NCBI GenBank assembly: GCA_030704615.1
Contig: CM060734.1
Location: forward strand, 43,834,001-43,898,000
Source: Takakia lepidozioides
Lineage: Eukaryota; Plantae; Bryophyta
Reading direction: 5' to 3'
Length of the DNA stretch: 64,000 nt
The notes under the pieces were generated by a model. It was not told the origin of the DNA and searched no databases. It worked only from the letters and a program-made list of their open reading frames with translations. Shown one piece after another: positions 14,016 through 28,092 of the stretch (position 1 is the stretch's first letter; each line of letters opens with the position of its first letter). A program made the translations under genes and the position numbers.

Positions 14016-14369
14016 TGATAAGAAAAGCTAAGAACACACTCTTAACACAAGAAACATGAAATCCATCTCATCATCACTCTTTCAGATAATAGTCGAGCCA
14101 GGGGCACCCCAAGCTATGGGGACTCCACCCCACAACAACCTATCCTCCCATCATAAGTACACTCAGTTCTAAACGATGAAGGAGCTCGGTCGCGCAGGCT
14201 CAACTCGAGAGAGATGAGCTGTGCGACTGATGCTCTCGTGAAGATAAGACGGTTCAGGTGTCAAACTAAACTTGACACCTGATTTAACACTTGACCTAAA
14301 TCCAAGTGTTAAATACAAATAACTAGCTTTATTCTAGTTAGTTTCACACTGTGCCTATTTAACTTGACA
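14016..14369 (-). repeat. 354-bp LTR segment, inverted copy of 45163-45516
   Basis: Same length as the other copy; about six differences by eye, all C/T transitions. Confidence 0.95.
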
Positions 14370-16167
14370 AGTTGGCCGCACATGAACAGCACATCAAAGA
14401 CCTGAAGGACATTGTTCATTTGCAACGGTGGCAAATAGCGAAGTTGCTGGAAAGAATGGGGTTGGGGACTATCGACAGCGTACGCGGTGTGCTTCAGGAC
14501 CCGAGGCCAATCACCAACGAGCAAGACATATTGGTGCGTTTGAATATGCCACCAATGGACATTGACCGCGTCATCGACGGGGTTGACTCAATAGGGCATG
14601 GGAATGAAGTGCAAACGTCTAAACTGGACCCGACGAGGGTTGAGGAAGAAAAAATTGCGGCGGAGAGGGCAAGAAAAGGGAAGGACCCCATAGTGGAAAC
14701 TGGGGAATGTTCAGCCGTGCAAATTACATCGGCCCAAGAACAGGAATTAGAGCAGCTTGTGGGGGAACGCGAGCAAGCTAGGGCTGTTGCAGATCGGTAC
14801 TCAAATGCCATGCAAATCCGATTGTGGCCATGGTTGAAGGGGAATTGGCGGAATTGGGTGACACGGGCGGGCCATCTAGCATCATGGGAAACACGGATAG
14901 AAGAAGCGTTGTCCTCCTCCACCGTGCAGCACGTTTGTCGAATCGAAGCGTAGATAGCATCTATGCTAATTTGCAAAGGCATGACACTGTGCGTGATGTA
15001 TTCACGTCGAAGTACACTGGATTCACCACATGGGGTGATGTGGATGCCATGTTTGAGCACTGTGTGCATACAATTTCTGATACCAATAACAGCATAAACT
15101 GGGATTTAGAAGTAGAGGAGGAGTGGGACACCAGGCCAAGGATGTCATCCTACATTCATGAGGATAAACGGATGTGGATACCACAGAGCAATCCAGTGTC
15201 ATGGGTAACAGATGGTACGGTGTGCACAATGTGCCTAAACCCTTATGGACCGGAGGGAGGCTATATGCTTGGTTCATGTGGCGATTTGTTCCGCATGTCT
15301 CATATCGGCAGCCATGCGAGCCAGCCAATGCCCTGACTGCCGTGGACCAATCCATCGACGTTTCTACGAGTTGTTTGGGTTGCAAGACAATATGCCCACG
15401 GGATGCGAGTACGACCGGTATAACATGCTATTGGATGTATCGCCTTATGATTTTTTAAATTGACAGCACTGGGGGGAGACAATGACATGGGATGCTCCAA
15501 GAGAGATGCACGCCTTGGATTCGAAGACGTTAACTAGGGTTAAAGATCCGGTGATCTTTTGGGTGACATCCAACTGGGAAATAACCGTGCGTGCTAGAGG
15601 CATACGGGACCCAGTCCAAAGGGAGTTTTTTTGCCGGAACTTGGGAGGGCATTGGAGCTGTACCAGACAAAGATTCTTCCGACTGCCTGAGGATCCGTGG
15701 GTGTCAGCGGAAAACAACCCATACAATCACGAACCGATTGGGAGAGACCTATTTCTGAGGGAGTTGGAGGCTGCTAGCATCCGTTGGGAGGATATAAATG
15801 AGACGTACTGGGTGCCTCGTCGGGATGAAGGGCCATTTCTTCCAGAGTTGCGCAGAGACCCCCAGCAGGAGGAGGTGTTGGACAATTTTAAGGCTGCCAT
15901 CACGAGTGTTGTAAAGTATTGGTAGAACACATGGCGTGAAGAGCGACACACCTGGCTCTGGCAAATGTGGAAGAGAGTCAGCACTCGCCTAGAACGCTAC
16001 GCATGATGGCAAAGGTGGACCACACAACACTGGGTCCCTCTTTGACCACTCGAGCCCAGGCTCGAGCTCTCTGTACTGGTGGAGGCACGTCCTCTATACC
16101 CGGAGCATCTTCATTAACATCTGGAGATGACGACAACGAAGTAATAAATCTAGATGAAGATGACTAG
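14370..16167 (+). pseudogene. 3' part of a hAT cargo gene with a RING-HC finger
   Basis: CTMC..x14..CG[H lost by small deletion]AICSAC..x9..CPDC at ~15220-15340; several frameshifts and stops; continues the ORF that ends at 45603. Confidence 0.7.
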
Positions 16168-16259
16168 AAAGGCTAGAAACGTAGGGAGTAGGCCAAAGGT
16201 CTCTGGTTGCGAAAACTTAAATGTGCAATCCACTGTATAGTCTACATAATTTTCGGAAT

Positions 16260-19200
16260 ACGAGGTTCATCCTTTGAACCATTTTTGAATGACCTCATAC
16301 TTGTTCGGTACCTGTTTGACGGCATGTACAATATACTGGCAAAGTTTCAAAACAATCAAAAATTGCTGAATGAAGATACCATTGGTTCACCCATTGCAAT
16401 ATTTTAAATCGAACTCATACTTGTCCGGTACCTTTAAGGGGGCATGTACAATGCAATGGCAAAGTTTGAAAGCATTCAGAAATCGGCACATCAAGTAACC
16501 ATTGGTTCCTCCTGTGAACCATTTTTGATTGATCTCATACTTGTCCGGTCCATGTAAGAGGAATGTAGAACATACTGGCAAAATTTCAAATCATTCAAAT
16601 TTTTTTTGATCAAGGAACCTTTGGTTTATCCTTTTCACCATTAACGATTAATCACAAATAAATGAACAGATGAATAACTCATTTGCCTCCAAATGATTTT
16701 GGTTCGCTTTGAGACTTGGCCAGTATATTCAATGTACCATGGAAGAGGCCCCAGAGTAATATGAGATCAATCGAAATTCGTTCAATGGGCCAACGGATGG
16801 TTGCCCATCCAAATGATTTTTGTTCGCTTTGAGACTTGGCCAGTGTGTTCAATGTACCCTCTGATAGGTCCCAGTGTAATATGAGATCAATCGAAATTCG
16901 TTCAATGGGCCAATGAGGCGTTCAGTTGTCATCTGGTTTTTGTTCATTGCGAAAAAGAAATCCTGCAATGCGTGCACGGCTATTGCACCCATTGAACGGA
17001 TGTGGTTGAAGCCCCTCTTTTGCCCGCATGTGCTTGAACATGTGTGCGACACATGTGCGGAGACACAATAGACGAATAAATCATTTGCATCCCCATCGAC
17101 ACCAAGCCATTCCATAATGTAATTGAATTTAAATTAATTTTAAGCCAATAAATAGGTTTGCACTACCTTTCATTGGGGGTTTCTGGCACGTATCGATTTT
17201 TGTTTTGGCTCAATTTTGTTCTGCGGCTTCTAGCATCCCACCACTACTTCCCCGCCCAAATTTGGACCAATCAAAAATGCCCCAAAAACAAAGTGTTGTC
17301 TTCGTTCATTATTGCAGAACTCTCTATGAAGAATGCATGAAGTTGGACACAAATCAAGTTTGGAGTGCAAAACAGGGAAGAAACTGTGGTTTTGGGTCCA
17401 AATGAATTATGGTCGCTCCCAAATTTGGCACGCACGTTGCATATGGCTACATTACACGCCCCATTCAAAAACGGAATGAAAAAAAAAAACCGTGAGCACG
17501 CGAAACACAGTCCAACAGGTCCCAAAGCAATAGTAGATCCAGCGGAATACATTCAACGGGTGAATGGATGGTTGCCCATCCAAATCATTTTTGTTTGCTT
17601 CCAAACTTTGCCAGTACGTTTGAGACACCCTCTCACAGGTCCCGGACTAATATCAGATCAATTGAAATTCATTCGATGGCTCAACGGATGGTTGGCCATC
17701 GAGATGATTTTGGTTCGCTTTGAGACTTGGCCAGTATGTTCAATGTGCCATGGAAGAGGCCCCAGAGTAATATGAGATCAACCGAAATTCGTTCAATGGG
17801 CCCATGGATGGTTGGCCATCGAGATGATTTTGGTTCGCTTTGAGACTTGGCCAGTGTGTTCAATGTACCCTCTGATAGGTCCCAGTGTAATATGAGATCA
17901 ATCGTTGACGATTAATCATGAATCATCCAACAGGGGAGCTGTTGGTTCACCCTTTGAACCATTTAACATTGACATCATACTTGTCCAGTAACTTTAAGAG
18001 GGCATGTACAAGACACTTGCAAAGTTTCAAATGAATCCAAAATCATTTGGCAGGGGAATGATTGGTTCACCCATAGCCAATTTCAGATGCTGAAATTGTC
18101 ATTTATGGGGCTCGAATTGCCAATTTCAGGGGCTGGACTTGCAATTTGAGGGGTTGAAATTGCCATTCCATGGGCTTCAATTGCCAATTTCAGGGGCTGC
18201 ACTAGCAATTGCCATTTCACAGGCTACAGTTGCAATTTGAGGGGCGGGAATTGTCATTTCAGGGGCTAGAAGTGCAATTTGAGGGGTTGGAATTAAATTT
18301 CAGGGGCTTGAATTGCAATTTGAGGGGTTGGAATTGACAATTTTAAGGGCTTGAATTGCATTTTGAATTGTAATTCAAGGGTTACAATGGGCCATTGGGG
18401 GGCTAGAATTACCAAAGCAATGACATCCAAAGCAATATAAAATCATTTGATAGCGGAATGATTGGTTCACCCTTTCAACCATTTTTTAATTCACGTCATA
18501 CTTGTCCGGTACTTGTAGGAGGGCATGTGGCTGACACTTGCAAAGCTTTCAAAGCAATGTAAAATCATTTGATAGTGGAACAATTGGTTCACCCTTTCAA
18601 CCATATTCTACTGACATCATACTTGTCCGGTACCTTTAAAATGGCATGTGAAAGACACTTGCAAAGCTTTAAAGCACTCCAAAATCATTTGATATGTTCA
18701 TGATTGATTCACCCTTTCAACCATTTTAGATTGATTTGAAACTTGTGAAAGACCTGTAAGAGGGCATGTACAAGACACTTGCGAAGTTTCAAATCAATTT
18801 AAAATCATTTGGTAGGGGGACGATTGGTTCACCCTTTAAACCATTTTAGATTGATGTCATACTTCTCAAAGACGTGTAAGAGGGCATGTAGAAGACACTT
18901 GCAAAGTTTCGGAGCAATAAAATATCATTTCATCGGGGAAGTTTCCCTTCACCCTTTCATCCAATTTTGAATTGAACTGGATTTTTACTAAATAAAATGA
19001 TTTAGAGGGCATATGATTGTGGGGCGCAATGATTTTGTTTTTGGCTTGATTTTGTTCTGTGAGTTGAAACCTCACACCACCACATCCTTGCCAAAAAAAT
19101 GTACCAAAGAAAAATGTTTGGAAAAAAACGTTCATCCTTTGCTCTATGCTCACCATTGCAGAACTCTCTATGAAGAGTGCATGAAGTTGAAGATAACTTC

Positions 19201-19680
19201 ACCTTGGAGTGCAAATGAGGGAATAAAATGTGTTTTGGACGCAGACGATGTCTGTTCATGGTGATATTTTGCATGCAACTCTTCATGTTATTATCAAGCA
19301 TATGACTTCAGAATGGAATTAAAAACAATTCATATGTAGGCGAAATGTTGTTTTTCCTTATGAATTTGAATAACCGATTCAAACAACTTTGTTGAAGTTC
19401 AACTTTGGTCCATATGTACTTAAGTACGTACAAATCACGTACACAAAGTTGCAAGCGAAGAAATAATCATTTGCCCCCCGAATGACTCGTTAAACCTTTC
19501 AACCAATTTTCAATCATGAATCATTTAATAGGGGAACTATTGGTTCACCCTTAGAACCATTTTAGATTGACCTCATACTTGTCCGGTAACTTAAAGAGGG
19601 CATGTACAACACACTCCCAAAGTTTCAAATCAATCTAAAATCATTTGGCAGGGGAACGATTGGTTCACCCATTGACCCGG
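16260..19680. repeat. Field of ~120-bp degenerate repeats in alternating orientation, plus a ~22-bp repeat patch (18080-18410) and a ~220-bp duplication (~17190-17420 / ~19030-19250)
   Basis: Unit TTGGTTCACCCTTT.AACCATTTT..ATTGAC.TCATACTTGTCCGGTACCT..AAGAGGGCATGTAC..ACACTTGCAAAGTTTC; reverse-oriented units at ~16690-16930 and ~17575-17905. Confidence 0.9.
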
Positions 19681-19840
19681 TGTACACTGTCATTCTTCAA
19701 GATTCGTGGGTGTGGTGCTTGATTATCCCATATGATGGACCCAGGTGCCATGGCCAAGTAACAAACCATTAAAACATTATGGTACGAGACAAACACAATT
19801 GAAAACAACATTTATTCAAACATGATGTACAGTCAGAGGT

Positions 19841-21423
19841 CTACAAGTTTCTATCCATCCTCCAGCAATTTTTGGGCTCAGGCCAATTGAATAGCCCCGT
19901 CATGAAACGCTTCATAACATTTTCTAGTTTGTACCGCAACTCTACTGTGTCTACACACAAGTTTTCCAGAGCGGAAGCAAAACAGGTTCCAGTAGACATA
20001 TCGTTGAACAGGTTTGCATCGAACGTGTCACCCCCATTTATTGCCTGGGCTATCTTCCCAATTGCAAAGGTCTCTGATGGCACGGTTAGAGGGGGCCTAC
20101 GAGGTGTGTCATCTGACTGGTTGTTGGCTACATTATGAACAATTGCAATTTCAAGTGCAATCCATCATCTATGTGCGAGAGTCTTTATCATCTTGTCTCT
20201 GCTCTCGAAAATGTATAACGTGGTTTTTGGGTCATCCGTCGTGGAGGCCATCCCCCAATCGCATACCTTGTGGAAAATGCAACAAGATGTTGTCGGGGGA
20301 CATGTCGTTGTGCAAGAGGTGGTGATTATGGACGTTGAGCATGATGTGCAAAAGCGCCCATGCCAATTGGGTGCGATTCATTTTCTGCTCCGTCCCCCGT
20401 CGTTCCATTAACTCCATGTTATCCCGACCATTCCCCCATTTCCTGTCAATACTTAACCATGATCGTATGGTCCTCCCATCCCACCAATGTGTGTAACCTT
20501 CATTTCGACGTGGATGCAACGCAAAATACTTTATGATGCCGAAATGATGGAACTTTACAGCCAACGCCTCATTGTTATGTTGGACTTTGGCAAGCTCAAC
20601 ATTTGTTTCCCTGGGCATTTTCTCTGCTAGTTCCCAAGATGGAGGAATGAATTGATCCCCAACAATTCTAATCCTCCGAATTGTACCATACCCTCCCTGT
20701 TTGGGCGCGTCGAGTTGTTGTACCTGTGCGTTTGTGGATATGTATCTCATGTTCAATGCCGCATCCGCGGACGAGGACCCTGCCTTCCATGGGAGTGGTT
20801 TTGTACGTCGTTTGGCGTGGGCATTTGCCATGTCAGACCACCAATCCACAAGCACAAACAACTTCTCATCCGAAGTTGGCATACGACCTTCAGCTACAGG
20901 TGTTCTCGTAATAAACTTGTCCATGGTTTGCCTCAGATTCCATGTGACATCATGGGTCCGCTCCTCCATCCATTTCGTGAACTGGAACTTCGCCCTGTCC
21001 TCCTCCCATTCATCCCCGGCCAAAGCCTCTCTCATTCTCATCTCCATATTGTGCTGGAATCTAAGGAACCCCTCATTCCCATGTCGGACATACAAAATAT
21101 TCAAACGCATTATGTCATTGTCCTTCAAATAATCCAGCACGACTTGCTTCACCACCTTCGCGGCCTCTGCGCTTGGATAGTCTTTTTTGTTGACCTGACT
21201 ATCCCGTTCATGTGCATGTTTACGCTTCTTATTTTTACGCACACTTCCCGAAAACTAGACCCAAGCTATTGATAACCTTATATACTAGCAGACCAATTTC
21301 TTCACCCTCTATTGGTATAGTACCCAAAGCAAACTCTCCCGCAGTCCCAGGAAAAAAAGGCAAAAACTCCTCCCCCACACAAATCCACTTTCTCTCCTCC
21401 ACACGCTCAATCCTGGCCACCAA
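19841..21423 (-). pseudogene. Intronless protein kinase (hAT cargo)
   Basis: GGYGTI glycine loop, LAEK, HNDMSPDNILL catalytic loop, VCDWGMA (DFG equivalent, after a frameshift), RWIALE (APE equivalent). Confidence 0.85.
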
Positions 21424-21524
21424 AGTTCAAACTCCAAGAAGCCCCAGAACCGCACTCACAGAGAGGGAAAAAAGTGGGTTGGGAATGAGGGGTAGGCCCT
21501 TATATACTGCCTGGAGAGGCCTGG

Positions 21525-21985
21525 CGTGCGACCGCCTCTGCTGCCCATTCACGCCTCGTCATGTGTCCAGGGAGCGGTCGCACCTAATAACAAAAAAAGA
21601 AAAAGTATGCGACCACCACCGGCTGGTGGTCGCACCCATTTAAAAAATAGACCATCCACTGCTAGTGGTCGCACCCATTTAAAAAAATAATTAAAAATGT
21701 GCGACCATCCCCTGCTGGTGGTCGCACCTATTTAAGAAATATGAAAAAGTTGCGACCACCACTTGCTGGTGGTCGCATCCAATTTTTTTTAAAAAAAAAT
21801 GTGCGACCACCCTTTGCTTGTGGTCGCACCTATTAAAAAAAATGAAAATGCTGCGACCACCACCTGCTGGTGATCGCACCTATTTAAAAAATAAGAAAAA
21901 AAATGTGCGACCACCCCCTTCTGGTGGTTGCACCTATTTAAAAAAAATAAAAATTTGTCCGACCAACCTTTGCTGACGGTCGCAT
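21525..21985. repeat. Palindrome array 1 (TGCGACCACC-N~7-GGTGGTCGCA, A-rich spacers)
   Basis: About 8 copies at ~55-60 bp period, just upstream of TATATAA (21500-21506, minus strand) of the kinase. Confidence 0.95.
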
Positions 21986-22129
21986 CATTGACAATATAAA
22001 TCATAATATATGAATTTTACAGATAATTAAAGAAGTCCACGTAATGAGGCCACATCGGTTGCCACGTTGGTTCTCATAGTAAATAGTCAATAGTAAAGTA
22101 AAAAAATAAACATATTTATGTACAATAAC

Positions 22130-22232
22130 GTCGGTTTAGGACGTGACGTGACGAACGTCCGTCGCTGATGTTGGACGTGACGCTGACGCGTCAACTCCAC
22201 GTCACGTCCAAATTTGCAACTAGGGAATAAAT
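22130..22232. mobile_element. hAT terminus: GACGTGACG subterminal motifs, imperfect TIR (TGCAACTAGG, 22215-22224) and 8-bp TSD GAATAAAT (22225-22232)
   Basis: Matches the other terminus at 51915-51990, whose TSD ATTTATTC is the reverse complement. Confidence 0.85.
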
Positions 22233-22637
22233 TGGCCCCATGCTTAGGCTACCACTTTAATTTAAATTAGATTAATAATTTATACCTAGCTTGGTAACCG
22301 GCTGGTATTACACTTGGAATGTGGTCATTGGTTGATAACCGTCGGCAAATCCAAAATCCTGCATCTATTGAGGACTGATGGATATTAAAAATTTGTCAGT
22401 ATTCTAATGCTATGGAGCTGGCTGGTATTGAAACATAAGAATATTTCAATACTAGGACCCCGTTGGTATTAAAATTAATAATACCCGCTCACCACTGGCT
22501 CATGGTAAATACCTACTATAAGATTCTTATTTTAGTAACAACTCCTCTGATATGTATGCATGTAAGCAGGGAACCAACTTTACCTCTTTAACATAAGGGA
22601 AGCTACTAAACAATAGGTAACTTGTAGGTCAGATTAT

Positions 22638-22825
22638 GGATAAGATAAGATAAGATAAAGTTTCTTTAACGTCATGTGAATTTACAGAGCCTACTCCTCA
22701 ACACACAGGCCAGCGAGATGGACGCGGTCTGAAGGCACATGTTGAAGGATTGAACCCAGGATCACCTGGGTTATTCACAGGCAAGTCACAATCACCCAAC
22801 CACTGGGCTACCTGCTCAAGTGCGT
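22638..22825 (-). mobile_element. tRNA-derived SINE-like element with (TCTTA)n tail
   Basis: A-box TAGCCCAGTGG, B-box GGTTCAATCC, tandem TCTTA tail. Confidence 0.5.
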
Positions 22826-23785
22826 GGAGTGAGTGGAGAAGTGATGTGGCATTACTAGCTCTAACAAGTGGCTACCTAGATCCCTTGCTATATCCGAAAT
22901 TGGCAAAAACTAATTTCTCCCTTTGCCAACACCCACACAAAATCTGGCGGTTTTTGCCAAAATGAAAATCACTAATTTGGGGCGGGGGACAACCCTCATA
23001 ATAATAATCGACAACGGAAGCCAGTTAGTACTTAGTACTGCTTCACACCTTTGTTGATCAGATAGACCATGCTCAATGAGGGTGAGGAGTGAGCCGGAAT
23101 AGGAGGTGTGGGGTAACAAATAGCAGGAATATTGAACGTGGTCTGGGTTTTTTTTTTTTTTTTTTTTTTTTGTTTTTTTTTTCCACTAGTGACCGCTCAT
23201 TCCAAATATATGAAATATTACAATATTTTAGAACCATCCTCTCTATTGTCAATAATGGATTGTGTGTGCGAGACATTTTCGCTGTCGAACCATCAATGCA
23301 GTTATGTAACCATCCATACTCTATAGCATTTCTTCGCCGGCACTCACATTTACATGGACAAATTGAAAAGTTGTGCAACCATTACTTATGGCATACCAAC
23401 AACAAATGTATGTAAAGGAAAAAAAAAACTTTTACAATGCAATGATCATCCAAGATCTTCCTTGTAGCCCAACTGTTTTTTGATTAATTTTGTTCAACAT
23501 GTATAACAAGACTTAACATACTACTTGCATACTATTAATAAATGTAGATGTGATAGTGTATCTCTAAAATATATCTATCATTTCTCTACAGACTGAAGCG
23601 TACTATGATCGATGGTTCTGATTGCAAGGGACAAAACAAAAGAAGAAACTAGAGAAGGAAAATGGATTTATAGAGATAGTGTCACCATTGTCCCTGGAGT
23701 GCAACGTATTCGAGGCTTCCGAGATCTTGTGGAATGGAACCTTACAAGCACAACATTAGAATAGAAAACCAAGGACAAAGTCTTT

Positions 23786-26700
23786 GTAAGCAGGGAAAGC
23801 ACACAATTGAATTGCTATGTCGCGATTAGAACACTATATCTACTTCTAATTGTCTCCCCACAATAAATGCCTTAATATTCATCTCAATTAAATTCCTCTC
23901 GTATTGATCTGCACACTTCATCAAATAATCCTCATCTTTTTCTTTCACACAAAATTCTTCCCATTAGACTCCAACATCTCATCACATTAACATGAACCTT
24001 ACAAAGTCTTTCATCATATCTTTGTCTCATCACATTACTCATATCTTCTTATCTCATACTTAAGCTACTGGCCAAGGCTATTACTGCTCAATGACAATTA
24101 ATACATTGATTCAGCTGAACTCATAGTGTCCCAATCTAACTACCACCCAACAACTGATTCAATGGGCTACCATCCATCCTAATAACCCAATTCCTACCAA
24201 TTATCATCCAATACTACCCAATTTTGTTGAATGTTCATCCATCAGTTTACTCTAAATCCAATTCTGTCAATTGTCATCTAATTCTACAATTTTCATCCCC
24301 ATTATCTGAATTTACTTCCGTTCCAACATCCTACCCAATTCTATCCAATTATCGAACCCAATAGTGCAATTTCACAATTCTCGTTCTTTTGCACTCCAAT
24401 TCTAAATGCTAGTCCACAAAGATTTTTTCTATTATTCTACATAGCCCCACTCCTAGTTGTGCAGCGCCCCCTCAAACACTATCTCTTAAACAAAACTATG
24501 TCATAATCTTCTTGGCAGGTGGTCCACTCCATCATGACAATCATCAAAAGTTTCTCAGCGAGGAACATGTCTTCTTCTTTCATCATAATGTCTCCACCAT
24601 TTTTGTAAAAGATAAAAAGAAAATGGCTGATAATAACTTCAGAAGAAACTAATAAAGTGCCTCACTCCTATTTCAAACTATATTCTCCTGTGTAGTAGTA
24701 CTCTATTTTATTTTTCCAAAAAATAAAAAATAAACTTCAGTCCATTTGTTCCAATATCGACCCAATTTTCTTATGCAGTACATCACCTCCATGCTTCTTC
24801 ACCATTACACCACCATGACTTTCACTCCACATAAAAAAAAACAAACTATCATTCTTCTGATATTATCCAATATTGATCACAATCTCTAAATTAATGATGG
24901 ATATACTTGCTTCAAATCCAATAAGTGGATGGACTGTTATAACTAAATAAATAAATATGATTATAAAACTGCATAAATAATATCGAGTAGCCATATCTAT
25001 TGAAATGAACTCTCTCTTATGGATCTCTTCCCTAATATTAGATAAATATTAAAAAAAAATTAGATTGGAAATTTAAATGATCCCCCTCCTCTGTTTAGCC
25101 AACCCTTGGAATTTAGAATAAAACCAGAAGGAAATACTTTGAAAAAACAAATTAAAAAAAAAAAAAAACAGATTTAGTTGCCCTCCATTTATTCTACACT
25201 ATAACTACCCCAAAAATGTAAGAAAAAAAAATTGTGGTATCCCTGGAACCCAACAAAAATATTCTCTAAACTGAGAAAGTGATATAATCTAAACCTCATC
25301 AATTGTGAAAATTTATCCCATTTAATAATCCCATCTATAACCTGATTTATTTCTGTACAACGCCCAGCCGTCACTATTTCAGTAATACTTTCCCATCTTA
25401 TTTTATACTTATTAAAACATTGCACTTTAGATTTCAATTTGTAAATCTGCTTGACAACTATAATATTCATTTGAGGCGCTGGCATATGACCTCCAACAAT
25501 GATTGATCTTGTTTCTTCAACATGAAATATTTTTGGAATCGTCTCCAATTCCAAATCCTCATCAATCAATTCTTCAATGTCACAATGATCATTCTCTTTC
25601 ACCAAATTATTTTCAACCCTTGAAAGATCAGATTGATATTCTATCAATATCTTTCTTGATTTGGCTATAATCAAAATTCTTGATCATGGAATTGTTGATG
25701 GTCCAAGTGTGGAAAATCGGAACAAGCCTCAATCGGATTGTTGGAATTTTCAATCGTGACTCCAATATGGTTCATTGAATCTGCATCTTGAATTTTAGAT
25801 TGACACAATTTTGAATTATCTTTATGATAAAAAAAAACTATCGGTACCGTCGTTCTTCTACCATCTTGTTTTTTCTAGATTTGGAAGCTTTACATCTATA
25901 AAAAATGGAACCAATTCCAAAAGTTGCAAAACAGTTCTTTTCATATGTAGAGTTTTTCAGGCTTGTACATGAGTCCGAAAAGCTTCTTTTTCCCAAATAG
26001 TGATTGTATCTTCTTTCCCCTATAATTCCTTCAAAGCCCTAACCTCACAAGCTTTCAGCACTGCAACCTCATAATCATCCATAACAATTTCAGTTTCTCA
26101 TTTGATCCATCGTTTCTTTTACCAATAATATAATGTTCTAAAATAGCCCACTCAATTGGCCTTTCCCCCACAGCGGCGCCAAAAAGATGTTGAATAAAAA
26201 CTATAATTAATTCCAAAAGAAGAATTAACCAGTTCAGAGTTACGTTCGCAGGGAAAGCACACAATTGAATTGCTATGTTGCGATTAGAACACTATATCTA
26301 CTTAATTGTCTCCCAACAATAAATATTTTAATATTCATCTCAATTAAATTTCTCTCGTATTGATCTGCACACTTCATCAAATAATCCTCATCTTTTTCCT
26401 TCACACAAAATTCTTCTCATTAAACTCCAACATCTCATCACATTAACATAAACCTTACAAAGTCTTTCATCATATCTTTGTCTCATCATACTATTCATAT
26501 TCTTCTTATCTCATACTTAAGCTACTGGCCAAGACTATTCCTGCTCAATGACAATTAATACATTGATTCAGCTTAACTCATAGTGTCCCAATCTCACTAC
26601 CTAACAACTGATTCAATGGGCTAACATCCATCCTAATAACCTAATTCCTACCAAATATCATCCAATACTACCCAATTTTGTTGAATGTTCATCCATCGGT

Positions 26701-26897
26701 TTACTCTAAATCCAATTATGTCGATTGTCATCCAATTCTACAATTTCATCCCCATTATCTGAATTTACTTCCGTTCCAACATCCTACCCAATTCTATCCA
26801 ATTATCGAACCCAATAGTGCAATTTCACATCCAATTCTTGTTCTTTTGCACTCCAATTCTAAATGCTAGTCCACAAAGAATTTTTCTATTATTCTAC
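23786..26897 (-). mobile_element. Non-autonomous Athila-like LTR retrotransposon (LTRs 26188-26897 and ~23790-24441)
   Basis: ~650-bp direct repeats; 5' LTR TG..CA followed by PBS TGGCGCCGCTGTGGGGA (~26165-26181); PPT AGGAGTGGGG before the 3' LTR; ~1.75-kb internal region without recognisable pol; outer end of the 3' LTR differs. Confidence 0.85.
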
Positions 26898-26929
26898 AAG
26901 AGTCACCTACATTGCCTTTCACTCAATTC

Positions 26930-27070
26930 CATGCAGACAAGGTGTTCATTGCAGGAGCCCAAGTTCCATTCAACCAGTTCAAGTGTAGTTTCTGCAAAGA
27001 AAGACCTTTCTGTGAGGCGCATTGTGGGGCAAGAATGTACTATGTCACAAGTTCCCTTCCAACATGTACA
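26930..27070 (+). pseudogene. Locally inverted middle piece of the MULE transposase Zn-finger domain
   Basis: HADKVFIAGAQVPFNQFKCSFCKERPFCEAHCGARMYYVTSSLPTCT fits between ...YWEGN (27140, minus) and HVGFHNHP (7528). Confidence 0.6.
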
Positions 27071-27120
27071 GTGGAAAATGTTTTAAGTGGGTCATCGGTT
27101 TGCTACAGTACTTTGCTAGT

Positions 27121-28092
27121 CTATTTGATTTCACATGGGTTGCCTTCCCAATAGCGGTCATTCCGTTCTCCTTCTTTCTTGAAGAAGGGGCAAGTGCTGC
27201 TTTGACATATGAGCTTTCCAACACAAAGAACCTTACTACATTTCACATGATCTGGAACACCAGACATATTGTAGGTATTGGTCTTGCACCAAAGATGACC
27301 ATCAAACTTGCGGTCCATGCCTTGGAGGGACTGTGAACCACGGTCCGTACGTAGTTTGACCACGGGGGGGAGTTCATGGATCACTTTTCCATCAAAAGCT
27401 CGAGGAAGACACCAAACACGATGCACTGGAATGTGACTATAGTCCAAGGTAGAAAGCTCTCCTTTTGATCCATTCCTCCGAGCAATGGCCAAGATACTCA
27501 AAATGGACAACACACCAGAAGGAAATGCAGATGTAGCCTCCCCTGCTAGTCGTGGAGATGAAGATAAACCCCTCGCAGATTTGCAACAATCAGACGTGGT
27601 GTTGTCCAATGGAGTTTTCCGAGGCTTCATGTCGTGAAGCAAGACCGTATGAGCAGATGAGGAAGGTTGAGATCCACAAAATACACTCTTAGAAACCTCA
27701 ACACAATCCGAATTATGAGACCCCAAGCTCGCCGAATCTGCAACCTCCTCCTTCAATTTACAACTCCCATTTGTCACAGCTTGATCGTTCTTTCTTGCAA
27801 TAGAAGTGTGCCTCTCATCATGTGACTGTGTATAGCTCGTACCTGTGACACGGTACTTGGAGAAAGTGTCTGGAAACAACTCCCATTGCTTTTGGCCGTC
27901 ATTGAAAACTGGAAGCAACACTGTGGAGGCATCATCATCTCCATCATCCTCCAAAAACACTGAACCCGGAACAAGTTTGAATCTATTGCATAACCAAGGT
28001 TCTGGGATAATGCACTTGTTTCCATTGCAAGGATAACGAACCACTTTTGCATCAGGTGGACATGAAAGCACTGCATATTTTGGTGTAGACAT
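27121..28092 (-). pseudogene. N-terminal part of the MULE-like transposase (GCM/WRKY-like DNA-binding domain)
   Basis: DGHLWCKTNTYN...CVGKLICQSSTCP...NDRYWEG resembles the GCM-fold N-half (W..NTNN...CLG...C...C); truncated. Confidence 0.65.

Larger units (their letters stand above)
11060..14369 (-). mobile_element. Non-autonomous LTR element 'A' (LTR starts TGTCAAG at 14369; internal region without gag/pol)
   Basis: 14016-14369 matches 45163-45516 in inverted orientation; TG start; possible PBS-like TGGTGGGAC near 13850; left boundary uncertain. Confidence 0.5.

Noticed and set aside
23089-23415. ORFs with poly-F or poly-K
   Set aside because: Artefacts of a poly-T tract.
25189-25674. 161-aa ORF as gag or env
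   Set aside because: No diagnostic motif; left as unassigned decayed internal sequence.
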